Positions 12,213 through 21,671 of a stretch of DNA of 64,000 nt are shown piece after piece (position 1 is the stretch's first letter; the number at the start of each line of letters is the position of its first letter). The position numbers and the translations under genes are program-made. Location: the NCBI GenBank assembly GCA_965197475.1, contig CBDANF010000003.1:3424001-3488000 (forward strand), in the 5' to 3' direction. This DNA is from Candidatus Poribacteria bacterium (lineage in GTDB: Bacteria; Poribacteria; WGA-4E; WGA-3G). The notes beneath the pieces were generated by a model. The model did not search any database and was not told the origin of the DNA. It saw only the letters and a program-made list of their open reading frames with translations.

Positions 12213-12857
12213 CTATAGTGATTTTTTGACTTGCGGAAAATCTTGTGGGCATAAATTCGGTATGAAGTCACCAATAAATGTCACTATTTTTATCACTTCA
12301 TCGGGAGAAGTTTCAAACCACTTTGTCCCTTTTAATTTTCTCCCTTTATATTCCTTCCGTTTGCGCTTAAATATCTTCAGGGTTTCATGTATTTTCGTTT
12401 CCAATTCTTCGTAGTCATCATTCATTTTGATAATGAGTCCGATTGTAGGGTCTTTGAGCCATTGATCTGTTTGCTCATTAACTCTTTCCTCAACAGTACG
12501 AGCAGTTGAACCGACATTGCATAGCCAAATAGCACTTCCTTCCTGTTCTACTTGGCGGTCATAGAAAACATATACTTTTCCCTCTCCTTCTCCGAAAATA
12601 CGTTGAGATAATGGATAGATTTCCCAAATATCATTTTGTTTAGGAATCTGTTTTACATACCCCCCTGATTTCAGGCTCAACAGAACATTACTAATTACGC
12701 TATCCACGTATGTACTATCTTCAGGTGGAAGGTGCTTTTTCACTTGTTCCTCGATCTCTGTTATACTAGCTGTTCCTTTCAATTCATTTTTGATAATTTT
12801 TTTAACACTTTTTCCAACTCTACTACGATCTTCATAGGTATTCTTTGTCTCGGACAT
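12213..12857 (-). CDS. wHTH plus GIY-YIG-like (T5orf172-type) protein
   Basis: G.VYVFY..(K/N)VGST.R.VEERV..LE..IH..KWF pattern. Confidence 0.6.
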   Translation of the reverse strand: MSETKNTYEDRSRVGKSVKKIIKNELKGTASITEIEEQVKKHLPPEDSTYVDSVISNVLLSLKSGGYVKQIPKQNDIWEIYPLSQRIFGEGEGKVYVFYDRQVEQEGSAIWLCNVGSTARTVEERVNEQTDQWLKDPTIGLIIKMNDDYEELETKIHETLKIFKRKRKEYKGRKLKGTKWFETSPDEVIKIVTFIGDFIPNLCPQDFPQVKKSL

Positions 12858-12874
12858 TCCATCTAAACTCCTTT

Positions 12875-13668
12875 CTATTTAAGATTGTTGAGTAAGCGTT
12901 CAATTTTATTTTTGAGTTGTACATCGCCCTCTTTCGGTACAAACTTCAATGCGGAACGCCAATCCTGTTCCGCCTCATCTATTCGATCAAGAGCTGCCTT
13001 TGCCAGTCCCCGATAGTAATAAGCCTCTGCATTATTAGCATTTTGTTTTATCTCTGCATCAAAATCCGAGATTGAGGATTCATATTTCCCAAGACAGTAT
13101 TTTGCAAAACCACGCTCATAGTAACCAAGAGCAGGCAACTTCTTACCCGCATTGAGTTTTATAGCCATATCAAAATCCGAAAGCGCAGCCTCATATTGCT
13201 TAAGGGATACTTTCACCTGCCCCCGAAGGTAGTATATATCGCCTCAGAAGAATTGAGTTTTATCGCAGTATCAAAATCCAAAAGCGCAGCCGCATAATCA
13301 CCGAGTTTTTGCTTCACTATTCCACGAAGGGTGTAAACATACGCATCATCGGGGGTAAGACAGATAACATTATCATAATCAGAAATCGCAGCCGCATATT
13401 CATTTTCTTCTTCTTTTGCAACCCCCCGCTCAAGAAGTGCTTCTACATGATCAGGATTGAGACGGATCGCAACATCAAAATCCGACATCGACGCTTTGAA
13501 TTGACATAGAAACCCCTTTGCCACACCCCGATAGTAGTAGGCTTCTGCGAAGTTAGGATCAAGACTTATAGCGGTATCATAAGCCTGAATCGCAGCCGCA
13601 TATTTATAATGTGCTGCCTCTGCTTTCCCCCGATTTAGATAGACTTGTGCTGAATTCGGAACTGACAT
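12875..13668 (-). pseudogene. TPR protein split by a frameshift
   Basis: TPR repeats in two overlapping ORFs. The repeat continues (YYLRGQVKV) if the frame shifts near the TATATA run at 13233-13239. Confidence 0.75.
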
Positions 13669-13726
13669 GGTTTATCTCCTTTACTTCCATTAACAAGCTG
13701 TCCATTTTGTTATCCTTCTTGGTTTA

Positions 13727-14236
13727 TCAATCAACAGCAACTGTTTTGGATTTCAAACCACCATTACTTAACTTAATTTCCGCCTGCTTGTTAATTGACA
13801 AAGTTATCTTTTTGCCATTAGGTAGGCGCATTTCAATTTTGGGGAGGAGATCCTTTAGACTCAATGTTAGTTTTGACACGGTTTCTAATTTTCTATTGGT
13901 TCTTTTTAAATATTCAAGGTCTCTAAAGTCTCTCTTTGGATCCCCCATGATTTGTAACAATTGTGCAACGGATTCCATATCCATGAATACTATTTCATCT
14001 GGTGATAATATCAATTTATTCAGGTTTTCATCACTTACATGGACGATGTTATTATTTATGAATACATGGTCTTCGGAGTTTTCATCCCCTACAGTAATAC
14101 TTTCACTAACAATCAACTTTTTAACCCGTGCAACTTCGTCTTCAGCGTTTAGGTTATTCATGGTGCCGATAAAGTATCCGATAGACGCGATAAGCGCGCC
14201 CAGTGCCATATATGCTAATTTCTGTTTTAAAATCAT
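13727..14236 (-). CDS. Hypothetical exported or membrane-anchored protein
   Basis: GAGGAG RBS. N-terminal hydrophobic segment KLAYMALGALIASIGYFIG. Confidence 0.65.
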   Translation of the reverse strand: MILKQKLAYMALGALIASIGYFIGTMNNLNAEDEVARVKKLIVSESITVGDENSEDHVFINNNIVHVSDENLNKLILSPDEIVFMDMESVAQLLQIMGDPKRDFRDLEYLKRTNRKLETVSKLTLSLKDLLPKIEMRLPNGKKITLSINKQAEIKLSNGGLKSKTVAVD

Positions 14237-14409
14237 AGTTATCTCCTCTTATTAGTGTTATTTGTACGGGGGTTTACATCTCCCCGCAGAACGCGTCATA
14301 ATCTACTTATAGTTTGTATCAAATGACCCCATGAGTTATACTATTAGTATTCGTTAAACTAACGAGTAGATGTCCTCGGATCCCCGATAATCTATTCATG
14401 GAGGTCAAT

Positions 14410-15210
14410 ATGAACCGCAAGAAGGATACCGCTTACGGTATCACTCGGCTCGAATCCAAGAATGCCAGAGCCGCGATTATTCAGAAGATTTCAGCAGACT
14501 TTAATCTCATGCCTCTCGTTGCTGAAGCCTACTATAAACAGATTTCCACCTACTTTGAACAACACGCCGATGTGCACCTGACATCAGGGCAAATCTGCTA
14601 CGAGGCAGTCGCCGCAGAGGAACCCGCAGGTAAACATATCGCTTTAGCGAAAAAAGTTTCCTGTCGGCTAACTCTCAATGACACAAACGCCGATCTTGAA
14701 GTCTTAGCGAATTATGGTCTCGCAGGACTCAGACGGCATCGGATCCTCCGATTGACCCAAGAAGCTTATGACCAAGATGCCTTACTGAGCTACGAGGATT
14801 TAGCTGTATTATTAACCACCAGTCCTGCTACAGTCAAACGCGACATTCGACACTTGAAGCAGGATAGGTATTTCGTTATGACGCGCGGGACGAAACACGA
14901 CATGGGCCCCGGCACTTCTCATAAAACCCAGGTCCTGGAGTTATATTTCAAAGCCTATACCTTCACCGAAATCGAGAAAAAGACGAACCACAGCGAACGA
15001 GCTGTCTACCGCTACTTGAAAGACTTTACACAAGTCGCTACGCTCCATCATCAAGGCTTTCCTAACGCACAGATACGCCTGATCACACATCTATCTGACC
15101 GGTTGATCCGCGAGTATCTCTCACTCTATGAGGAATACCAACACACAGATCGCATGACCCAACTCCTTCACCCAGAACCTGAGGACACAAAAAAGGGGGA
15201 CCTCTCATGA
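14410..15210 (+). CDS. DUF1670-like protein A
   Basis: EAYDQ.ALL..EDLA.LL..S..TVKRDI...TRG..HD.GPG.SHK...HS..AV.RY. GGAGG RBS before ATG 14410. Confidence 0.75.
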   Translation: MNRKKDTAYGITRLESKNARAAIIQKISADFNLMPLVAEAYYKQISTYFEQHADVHLTSGQICYEAVAAEEPAGKHIALAKKVSCRLTLNDTNADLEVLANYGLAGLRRHRILRLTQEAYDQDALLSYEDLAVLLTTSPATVKRDIRHLKQDRYFVMTRGTKHDMGPGTSHKTQVLELYFKAYTFTEIEKKTNHSERAVYRYLKDFTQVATLHHQGFPNAQIRLITHLSDRLIREYLSLYEEYQHTDRMTQLLHPEPEDTKKGDLS

Positions 15211-16091
15211 GCAAACCTCTAACCCGCACGCAAATCAACGAGAAGAAATTCAGACGCATCAACGATAAGTCCCTACGACAGTTGCTGATCCATCGCTTTC
15301 TCAATGACTACGGGTATGACAAAGGCGAAGTCACGGCGACTGCCATTGTTGATGACATTCTCAAGACCGTTGAGGACTATTTCGTAATTACCCTCCCTTT
15401 GGAGAAACTCGCCACGGGCGACTCACTCCCTGAGGAGCGATACCTGAGTTATGGACACCTCGTTTGGATGGCTGTCCCCATTGAGGAACATCCAGAGAGA
15501 GGAAAATCCATCGTCAAAACCCGCATGAAACCTGTCATCCTGACTTACCTCGCCGCAGAGGATATTGAATCGTTTCGCAATGGCTTTACCTCCCGGCAAC
15601 TGCGGATCAATCGCTTGGTCCGCTGGTGTCATCAAGCTTATGACCAAGGGGCATTATTGACCCAACTCGACTTGGCAGTTTTGCTCAATGTCTGTGATGC
15701 TGTCGTCAGTGATTATGTCAATGAATGGCAAAAAACCACTGGAGAACTCTTGCCCACCCGTGGCAATATCCATGACTTATCGGGTGCTATTACCCACAAG
15801 AAAGAGATCATAACCCTCTATCTTCAAGCACATCTCACCCCCAGGATTGCCGCAAAGACCAAACACTCTAAGGAGGCAGTTGACCGATACATTCGCGATT
15901 ATGAGAGCGTCAAAGTCGTGCGAACCGCTACCGCAGATATTGACAAAATCTCACAGATCACCCGACTTTCTAAACGCGTCATCTCTCAATATCTCGACCT
16001 CATACCGCAGCACCAACTCCAAGCCATAGATGCAGACCTTGCCAATTCAGACTCAAACGATGAAGCCACTCACCAAGGAGAAGCCCAATGA
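15207..16091 (+). CDS. DUF1670-like protein B (paralog, ATGA-coupled to A)
   Basis: QAYDQGALLTQLDLAVLL...LPTRG.IHD....THK...HS.EAVDRY. Confidence 0.75.
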   Translation: MSKPLTRTQINEKKFRRINDKSLRQLLIHRFLNDYGYDKGEVTATAIVDDILKTVEDYFVITLPLEKLATGDSLPEERYLSYGHLVWMAVPIEEHPERGKSIVKTRMKPVILTYLAAEDIESFRNGFTSRQLRINRLVRWCHQAYDQGALLTQLDLAVLLNVCDAVVSDYVNEWQKTTGELLPTRGNIHDLSGAITHKKEIITLYLQAHLTPRIAAKTKHSKEAVDRYIRDYESVKVVRTATADIDKISQITRLSKRVISQYLDLIPQHQLQAIDADLANSDSNDEATHQGEAQ

Positions 16092-16158
16092 GACCCTAAT
16101 CCTATGTTCCCGACGAACTTTACTTCGCAAAACCGGGGCAGGTGCCTTGAAAATATGG

Positions 16159-16187
16159 TTGACAACCGCTACTGGTTTTGCTATACT
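16159..16187 (+). promoter_or_regulatory. Internal sigma70 promoter facing the right end of the DUF1670 element
   Basis: TTGACA-17 bp-TATACT with a TGn extended -10. Confidence 0.75.
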
Positions 16188-16318
16188 TTAGACACGTTTA
16201 TCGCTAAACGCATCATTTCTCAAAGAGGATGCTCGCGATCCCAACGCAACCCACTCATCAACGATCGCTGGGAAGCCAATAAACATCAGCCTTCCAGCTA
16301 TCCTATGGTCATTTGATA

Positions 16319-16460
16319 CTATTTCATTATCAACATCTTCCGCGTCGCGGTGAAGTCGCCTGCGGTGAGTGTATAGAAATAAACACCGCTTGCCACAGGT
16401 TCACCGACTGCGTTTCTGCCATCCCAATACGCAGCACGGTTTTGAGTTTGATAAATCCCA
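16319..16460 (-). pseudogene. Second orphan FlgD/T9SS-like C-terminal fragment
   Basis: GIYQ...RAAYWDGRNAVGEPVASGVYFYTLTAGDFTATRKMLIMK*. Its stop codon overlaps the TIR. Confidence 0.7.
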
Positions 16461-16466
16461 GTAGAA

Positions 16467-17345
16467 TTACGCTGCGTCTTTGACTCTTTGAATTGCTCCA
16501 TTAAGTGCACGTCGCGTCAGGACACCAACGAGATGTGTTCGTTGTTCGGCAGTGCCGCGCATGTCGCTAATCGGACGGGCGATAGATTGTGCGGCTTGTG
16601 ATGCTTCGTCAATAGCGGCATCAGAAATTTCTTTCCCAGCGAGAAGCGCGCTGGCTTCCTCAGCAAAGAGCGGCGTGGGAGCGACAGCACCGAGCGCAAT
16701 GCGGGCAGAGACAATCCGCTGTTTCGCATCATCTAATACGACAGCGGCACCTGCACCGACGACCGCAATATCCATTTCGTTGCGCGGGATAAATCTGAGA
16801 TAGTAGGAGCTGGAATTTTGCTGCGGTGATGGGACTTTCACAGAGACAAGTATCTCACCTTTTCCGAGTACAGTCTGTCCGGGGCCGGTGCAGAAATCTT
16901 CAACAGGTACTTCGCGTTCTCCATTTGAACCAGCGATGACACAAGTAGCGTTTAGGACAATTAGAGGCGGTATACAATCGGCAGCAGGTGAAGCGTTGCA
17001 AAGGTTCCCTCCTACCGCAGCGCGTCCCTGAATGGCGGTGCCTCCAATAATTTTGGTTGCATCTACTAAACCGGGATAAGCATCGCAAATTACATCCACA
17101 GCATAAATCTGATAGCACGGCACCGCAGCACCAAGGGTCAACCCTGTTTCCGAGTCATAGGCTAATACATTAACTTCAGGAATGGATTTGATGTCTACCA
17201 TCCAGTCTAAAGTACGTTTGCCTTCTCTCGCTTGAACGATGAGGTCCGTGCCACCAGCGAGAATTCGGGCTTGGTCACCTTTTTCATCAAGCAGTGCGAC
17301 AACTTCAGATACCGTTTTCGCAGCGATATACTCAAATGCTTGCAT
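16467..17345 (-). CDS. FAD-binding medium subunit (CoxM-like)
   Basis: LAGGTDL, GGNLCNASPAAD and PISDMRGTAEQR motifs. AAGGAG RBS. Confidence 0.95.
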   Translation of the reverse strand: MQAFEYIAAKTVSEVVALLDEKGDQARILAGGTDLIVQAREGKRTLDWMVDIKSIPEVNVLAYDSETGLTLGAAVPCYQIYAVDVICDAYPGLVDATKIIGGTAIQGRAAVGGNLCNASPAADCIPPLIVLNATCVIAGSNGEREVPVEDFCTGPGQTVLGKGEILVSVKVPSPQQNSSSYYLRFIPRNEMDIAVVGAGAAVVLDDAKQRIVSARIALGAVAPTPLFAEEASALLAGKEISDAAIDEASQAAQSIARPISDMRGTAEQRTHLVGVLTRRALNGAIQRVKDAA

Positions 17346-17603
17346 GGCAACAATCTCCTTCATTTTAATACTGGATTATCTGTTATTTTTAATTAGATTA
17401 TACCACAAATGCGAAAAGATGCAAGTTTTTTCGTTGATGCCATACCGATCCTCTTTTTACTTTGGAAACCTACAGAATACTATACACATTTGACGTTGAT
17501 CCACATGGTTTTTTTAAAGGTATTACCCGCTTTTGCAGGCTAAAATACCAAAACGAAACTTTTTTCAAAAAAATTTGCGTTTTGCTTTATTTCGTGTTAT
17601 GAT

Positions 17604-17756
17604 TAACGTGAGTTCGGTATAAGTCTACTTTCACAAGTTCGTGGGTATTTTTCCACTGATTCCCCCTGTTTTAGGGGTTTAGGAGGTAAAAAACAGGTAA
17701 AAAATCCTTCTATCTATACCGAAACTCACGTTATTTCTTACACCGAGCTCACGTTA
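17604..17756. mobile_element. MITE-like element with TAACGTGAGTTCGGTATAAG termini
   Basis: Left IR at 17604-17623. Two right-hand copies at 17715-17733 and 17737-17756. Confidence 0.6.
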
Positions 17757-17917
17757 ATACTAGAACGACTAAAACATTACTTGCCAATATGGGTACCCTT
17801 TATCTAAAATTAAATTTAGGTAGTAATGGTTTAGTCGCCAGGGTGCCCTAACTTTTTAAGTGGACACCCAAAGTGACTAACGAATACGCCACACCATGCG
17901 CAAGTGTGTCATAACAA

Positions 17918-18960
17918 TAGACATTATAATGATTTAAATAACAGGAGTTTCATAACGCCAGGGTCTGAAGTTTAGGCGAAAATTGTGTAAACCACAATAG
18001 GTTTCCATAACTAAATCACAAAACCCTTTCTTCCAATTCCTGAGTTTATCTTTGACAATGCGGCATCTTTTGACACCACTAATCGCATGTTCAACGCGTA
18101 TGCGTATAGACGCTATCTTTCTATTGTTTTCTTTTTCTTCATTCGTCCGTTCTCTACCTCTCGGTTTTTTCTTCGGTTGAATGATGTTTATATCCGGGAG
18201 AACGAAACCCTGAAAACCGGTATCTTGGGACAATGTGCTACCCTGTGGCACACAATAGCCCACCATATCGGCTATGTGTTTGTCATGGTGTCTTCCTTCA
18301 AAAGAAGGTGTCAATAGGACGACTTTGCAGGTCTCATTGATAATCAAATTATTTTTCACTGTATGACATTTCTTTTTACCACTATAATAACCCTTTTGAG
18401 TTTGTGGGTCTTTGGGGCATCGTATCGGGCGTTCGGTGCTATCATGAAAAAAATGTTCTCCTTCTTGATTTTGAGTTGATACTTTTGATGGAGCACATAT
18501 AGGGGCGGGGTCTGTTTCCCGAGATGGCAACTCTTCAAGTTTTGCTAATGCTTTGTTCAATATTGATAAAAGCAAGTGAATCCATCTATTAGCAAGAGGT
18601 TGAGACATACCAAAGAGCGCACCCAATAGAACTTGTTTCGGAGCATCACGCAGGTAAATCAAGATAAATAGCAACATATCTTCATGGCAAGCAAAACGAC
18701 TATTTTTATAGGGTTTATATCTCCGATTTTTGCGTGGTTTGCCATCAAGGGTATGTGTTCGCATATATTCTAAAAAACAACAAGAAAAATGAGGTAATAG
18801 TTCTGTAAACTCTTCTAATGTATATCCGGTGAGGGACAGAAACGCATCAGGTCTGTCCTTGAGATCTTGAAAATTGGTCATGAGTTAACCTCCTATCGTA
18901 AGATAATAAGTCAGTATAACAGAGGTTAACAAATTTAAAACTAATTCATTATAATGTCTA
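17918..18960 (-). mobile_element. IS5-family (ISL2-like) insertion sequence
   Basis: Perfect 15-bp IR including the terminal TA: TAGACATTATAATGA / TCATTATAATGTCTA. Confidence 0.9.
17934..18881 (-). CDS. IS5/ISL2 DDE transposase
   Basis: F..LTG, D.TERPI, YSGKKKCHT.K, D.GFQG and RIRVEHAI motifs. Confidence 0.9.
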   Translation of the reverse strand: MTNFQDLKDRPDAFLSLTGYTLEEFTELLPHFSCCFLEYMRTHTLDGKPRKNRRYKPYKNSRFACHEDMLLFILIYLRDAPKQVLLGALFGMSQPLANRWIHLLLSILNKALAKLEELPSRETDPAPICAPSKVSTQNQEGEHFFHDSTERPIRCPKDPQTQKGYYSGKKKCHTVKNNLIINETCKVVLLTPSFEGRHHDKHIADMVGYCVPQGSTLSQDTGFQGFVLPDINIIQPKKKPRGRERTNEEKENNRKIASIRIRVEHAISGVKRCRIVKDKLRNWKKGFCDLVMETYCGLHNFRLNFRPWRYETPVI

Positions 18961-19126
18961 ATGATGTTTGTCGTGGTGCTGCTGTCGGGTGCTTATCTCG
19001 CGTTTGTACGTGTTGAGGTTTAGCGCAGGTGAATCTTTCTTGTCTAAATCCTATTCGCCGAAGGGATCGGAATAACAAAGGTTCACTTTCACCAACTTAT
19101 CGATCTCACGTTCCATCAAGTATATA

Positions 19127-21661
19127 CTAAAAATTAAGTTTGTACAAAAACTTTACATTCCTACCCGGTTCTGGCATCACAGATTTGATGCGAGATAGGT
19201 GATCGTGGTAGGTAGTATCTAATATATTTTCTACCTCAAAAACAAATAGATTTTCAAGCTGCCACCACATAAAATTGAGGTAAAACCCTGCATCATGGAT
19301 GATATATCCGTCTGTTGGCTCTTCAAATTCTCCGAGTCGAGTTTGGCTTGCAGAATAGCGGGAAGTCAGGTGAAATTGAAAAGGGGCTAAAGTATAATTG
19401 AAACCGAATTTTCCATTTAGTGGTGGAATGCGTTCTAAGGGTTCACCAACAGCTTCAAGTGTTCCGTTGACATAACTCATATCTATTTGCACGTTAAAGC
19501 GAGGCAGAATTTCTGTTTCAATGTGCATCTCCGCGCCATTCATGACCACGTCGCGTCCCGTGTATTGATAGATCCACAACCAACCTGCAGCACCGCTTCC
19601 CCACTCTTTCTCACCCGTATTGGTTGGAATAAGGTAACCATGAATGTGATTTTGGAACAGTGTGAGGTTTAGCTTAAATTTGTCGCTTGAATATTCTGCG
19701 AAAAGTTCACTGCCAAACCCGTTTTCTGGTTCCAATTCAGCATTACCGATTTCGTAAGAGTAGACTGCAAGATGCGGCCCATCAGAAAAAAGTTCTTCTA
19801 TACCAGGGGCGCGAAAAGTTTTCATTATAGTTGCACCAGTGTTAATGTTGTGATGCCAGTGGTAGATGCCAGAAACAGCCATTGATAAACCGCCAAAGTC
19901 ACGACGTTCAACTGTACCTGCTTGAATGACAGTGCCGGGGCTAAACGGTTCTGCACGTCTTATATCGTAGCGGATAGCCCCCTGTAACGTTAGACGATCA
20001 AAATCTTGCTGGCTCAGATAGAATCCTGCTAATGCGAATTCACGGGTATGCGGTGTCCAGTAAAACCCTCCTGTTGCGTGATCTCTGTATTCTCCCCACA
20101 TGCCAGTGATAACGTTGTCAAATAGGTATACCATCGCCGAAAAGTTGTGGGTAAGCACACCGAATTCCACACCAAGTGAACCATTTGACTCTAATTCTTG
20201 ATGTTCATAGCGGGTATACGCTGTCTGGAATTTCACTTTATTAATCCACTCATGGTTGAAACGAAACTCCATGTGTGCATCGTAGCGTTGACGGTCAAGT
20301 GCTATGTTAACACCGCTGATATGTCCCTCAGGTGACCCTGGAATACCGTAATCAGAACGGTAACGTCCCCCCGATGCACCGATAAATCCCCATGGTTTGA
20401 TTAGGGAAGTGCCGGCAGAAAAATTGAAATTTGAAAGTTCAGTGTTTTCAAGGACACCTATCGGCGTTTGGGTATCCGAGGCGATACGACGATTCCACTG
20501 AAGATTTCCAGCGAAGTCACCGAGTGGCACCATGAATCCTGTCGTTGCCGTTAGACCGGTATTGACAGATTCGCCTTGAAACGTCAACCTCATGGTAGGG
20601 TGTTCCGGAAGGATTTGAGGGATGCTGTTCCGTTTAACATTGATAACACCCCCTAAGGTGCTGGACCCGTAGATAAGCGAGGCGGGACCGCGGGTAACTT
20701 CAATCCCTTTAGCAGAGGTAGGGTCAATTGCAACAGCATGATCAGCACTTGATGCGGATTTGTCGCCGGTGCGTTCACCGTTTTCAAGGATGAGCAACCT
20801 GTCTCCACCTAAACCTCTAATGACTGGTCGTGCTACAGCCTTTCCCATTGTTCGTTGCGAGATTCCAAGCTGATCCGACAACGTATTTGCTAACGTCATA
20901 CCCATCCGTTTTTCGAGTGTTACTTCATCCAAAGCAATATCAGTTGTTTTCTCATACTGATCAAGTGATCGGTTTGAGCCAAGAACCGTAACCGTTTCAA
21001 GTTGAAATGCTGACAGTTTCAATTCAACCTGCAAATAACTGGTAGATGAATTTACATCTACAACTTGTTCAACCGACAGATAGTCGGATTTGGTGAACTG
21101 AAGTGTATATTGTCCTTCTGGCACTGCTTCAAATTGAAACTGGCCGTTTGCGTCTGTCTGGGTTGTCTTATCTACCTCGATTATACTTACAGTTACCTCC
21201 CCGAGTCGGGAATGACTTTGATTGTCAATAACTTCCCCACGCAGCTGCCATGTTTTAACCTGCTCACTTTGAACGTTTCTGATATAGCAGAACAAACAAC
21301 AAATTCCCAATGCCAGTGCCAATAGGTAGGCACGCTTTAAAAGCACACCATAGGCATCAATTTTAGCGATTCTCCACCCCTGGTAGGTGCGGTTTCCTAA
21401 CCGCACCGAACTTACACAAGATAAATTAACTGCACTTTCCAGTCCGTAAGTTGGGTAGAGCTTGCGAGACCCAACAAATTCCAAAAGAGGCGTAATGAAT
21501 TGCGCGACTACAAACTCGGTTCTTTTCAATGCGCGCTTACAAAGCGCGCCTACGGTCTTGTGGAATATGTAGATATCCTTTAAATTGACACCCATGGCAC
21601 GCTTTAATAGCGCACCTACTGAAGCACATTTACAAATACATGAATCTCCAAAAATACGCAT
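19127..21661 (-). CDS. TonB-dependent receptor (probably metal uptake) with an N-terminal in-frame repeat insertion
   Basis: Carboxypeptidase-like N-domain, plug motifs (RPVIRGL, IEVTRGPASLIYGS..LGGVIN) and C-terminal PGRN...F. Confidence 0.9.
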   Translation of the reverse strand: MRIFGDSCICKCASVGALLKRAMGVNLKDIYIFHKTVGALCKRALKRTEFVVAQFITPLLEFVGSRKLYPTYGLESAVNLSCVSSVRLGNRTYQGWRIAKIDAYGVLLKRAYLLALALGICCLFCYIRNVQSEQVKTWQLRGEVIDNQSHSRLGEVTVSIIEVDKTTQTDANGQFQFEAVPEGQYTLQFTKSDYLSVEQVVDVNSSTSYLQVELKLSAFQLETVTVLGSNRSLDQYEKTTDIALDEVTLEKRMGMTLANTLSDQLGISQRTMGKAVARPVIRGLGGDRLLILENGERTGDKSASSADHAVAIDPTSAKGIEVTRGPASLIYGSSTLGGVINVKRNSIPQILPEHPTMRLTFQGESVNTGLTATTGFMVPLGDFAGNLQWNRRIASDTQTPIGVLENTELSNFNFSAGTSLIKPWGFIGASGGRYRSDYGIPGSPEGHISGVNIALDRQRYDAHMEFRFNHEWINKVKFQTAYTRYEHQELESNGSLGVEFGVLTHNFSAMVYLFDNVITGMWGEYRDHATGGFYWTPHTREFALAGFYLSQQDFDRLTLQGAIRYDIRRAEPFSPGTVIQAGTVERRDFGGLSMAVSGIYHWHHNINTGATIMKTFRAPGIEELFSDGPHLAVYSYEIGNAELEPENGFGSELFAEYSSDKFKLNLTLFQNHIHGYLIPTNTGEKEWGSGAAGWLWIYQYTGRDVVMNGAEMHIETEILPRFNVQIDMSYVNGTLEAVGEPLERIPPLNGKFGFNYTLAPFQFHLTSRYSASQTRLGEFEEPTDGYIIHDAGFYLNFMWWQLENLFVFEVENILDTTYHDHLSRIKSVMPEPGRNVKFLYKLNF
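21329..21616. repeat. MITE/REP cluster inside the TonB receptor 5' coding region
   Basis: 21-bp direct repeats 267 bp apart. Imperfect TIRs at 21348-21364 and 21581-21597. Internal GTAG palindromes. Confidence 0.7.
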
Positions 21662-21671
21662 GGAAATTTCC

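Larger units (their letters stand above)
14316..16319 (+). mobile_element. Putative novel IS-like element: 13-bp perfect TIRs enclosing two DUF1670-like genes
   Basis: GTATCAAATGACC (14316-14328) and GGTCATTTGATAC (16307-16319). The genes run opposite to all neighbours. Confidence 0.75.

Noticed and set aside
16104-16316. 70-aa third gene in the DUF1670 element
   Set aside because: There is no RBS or recognisable motif, and it overlaps a consensus promoter, hairpins and the TIR, so a non-coding role fits better.
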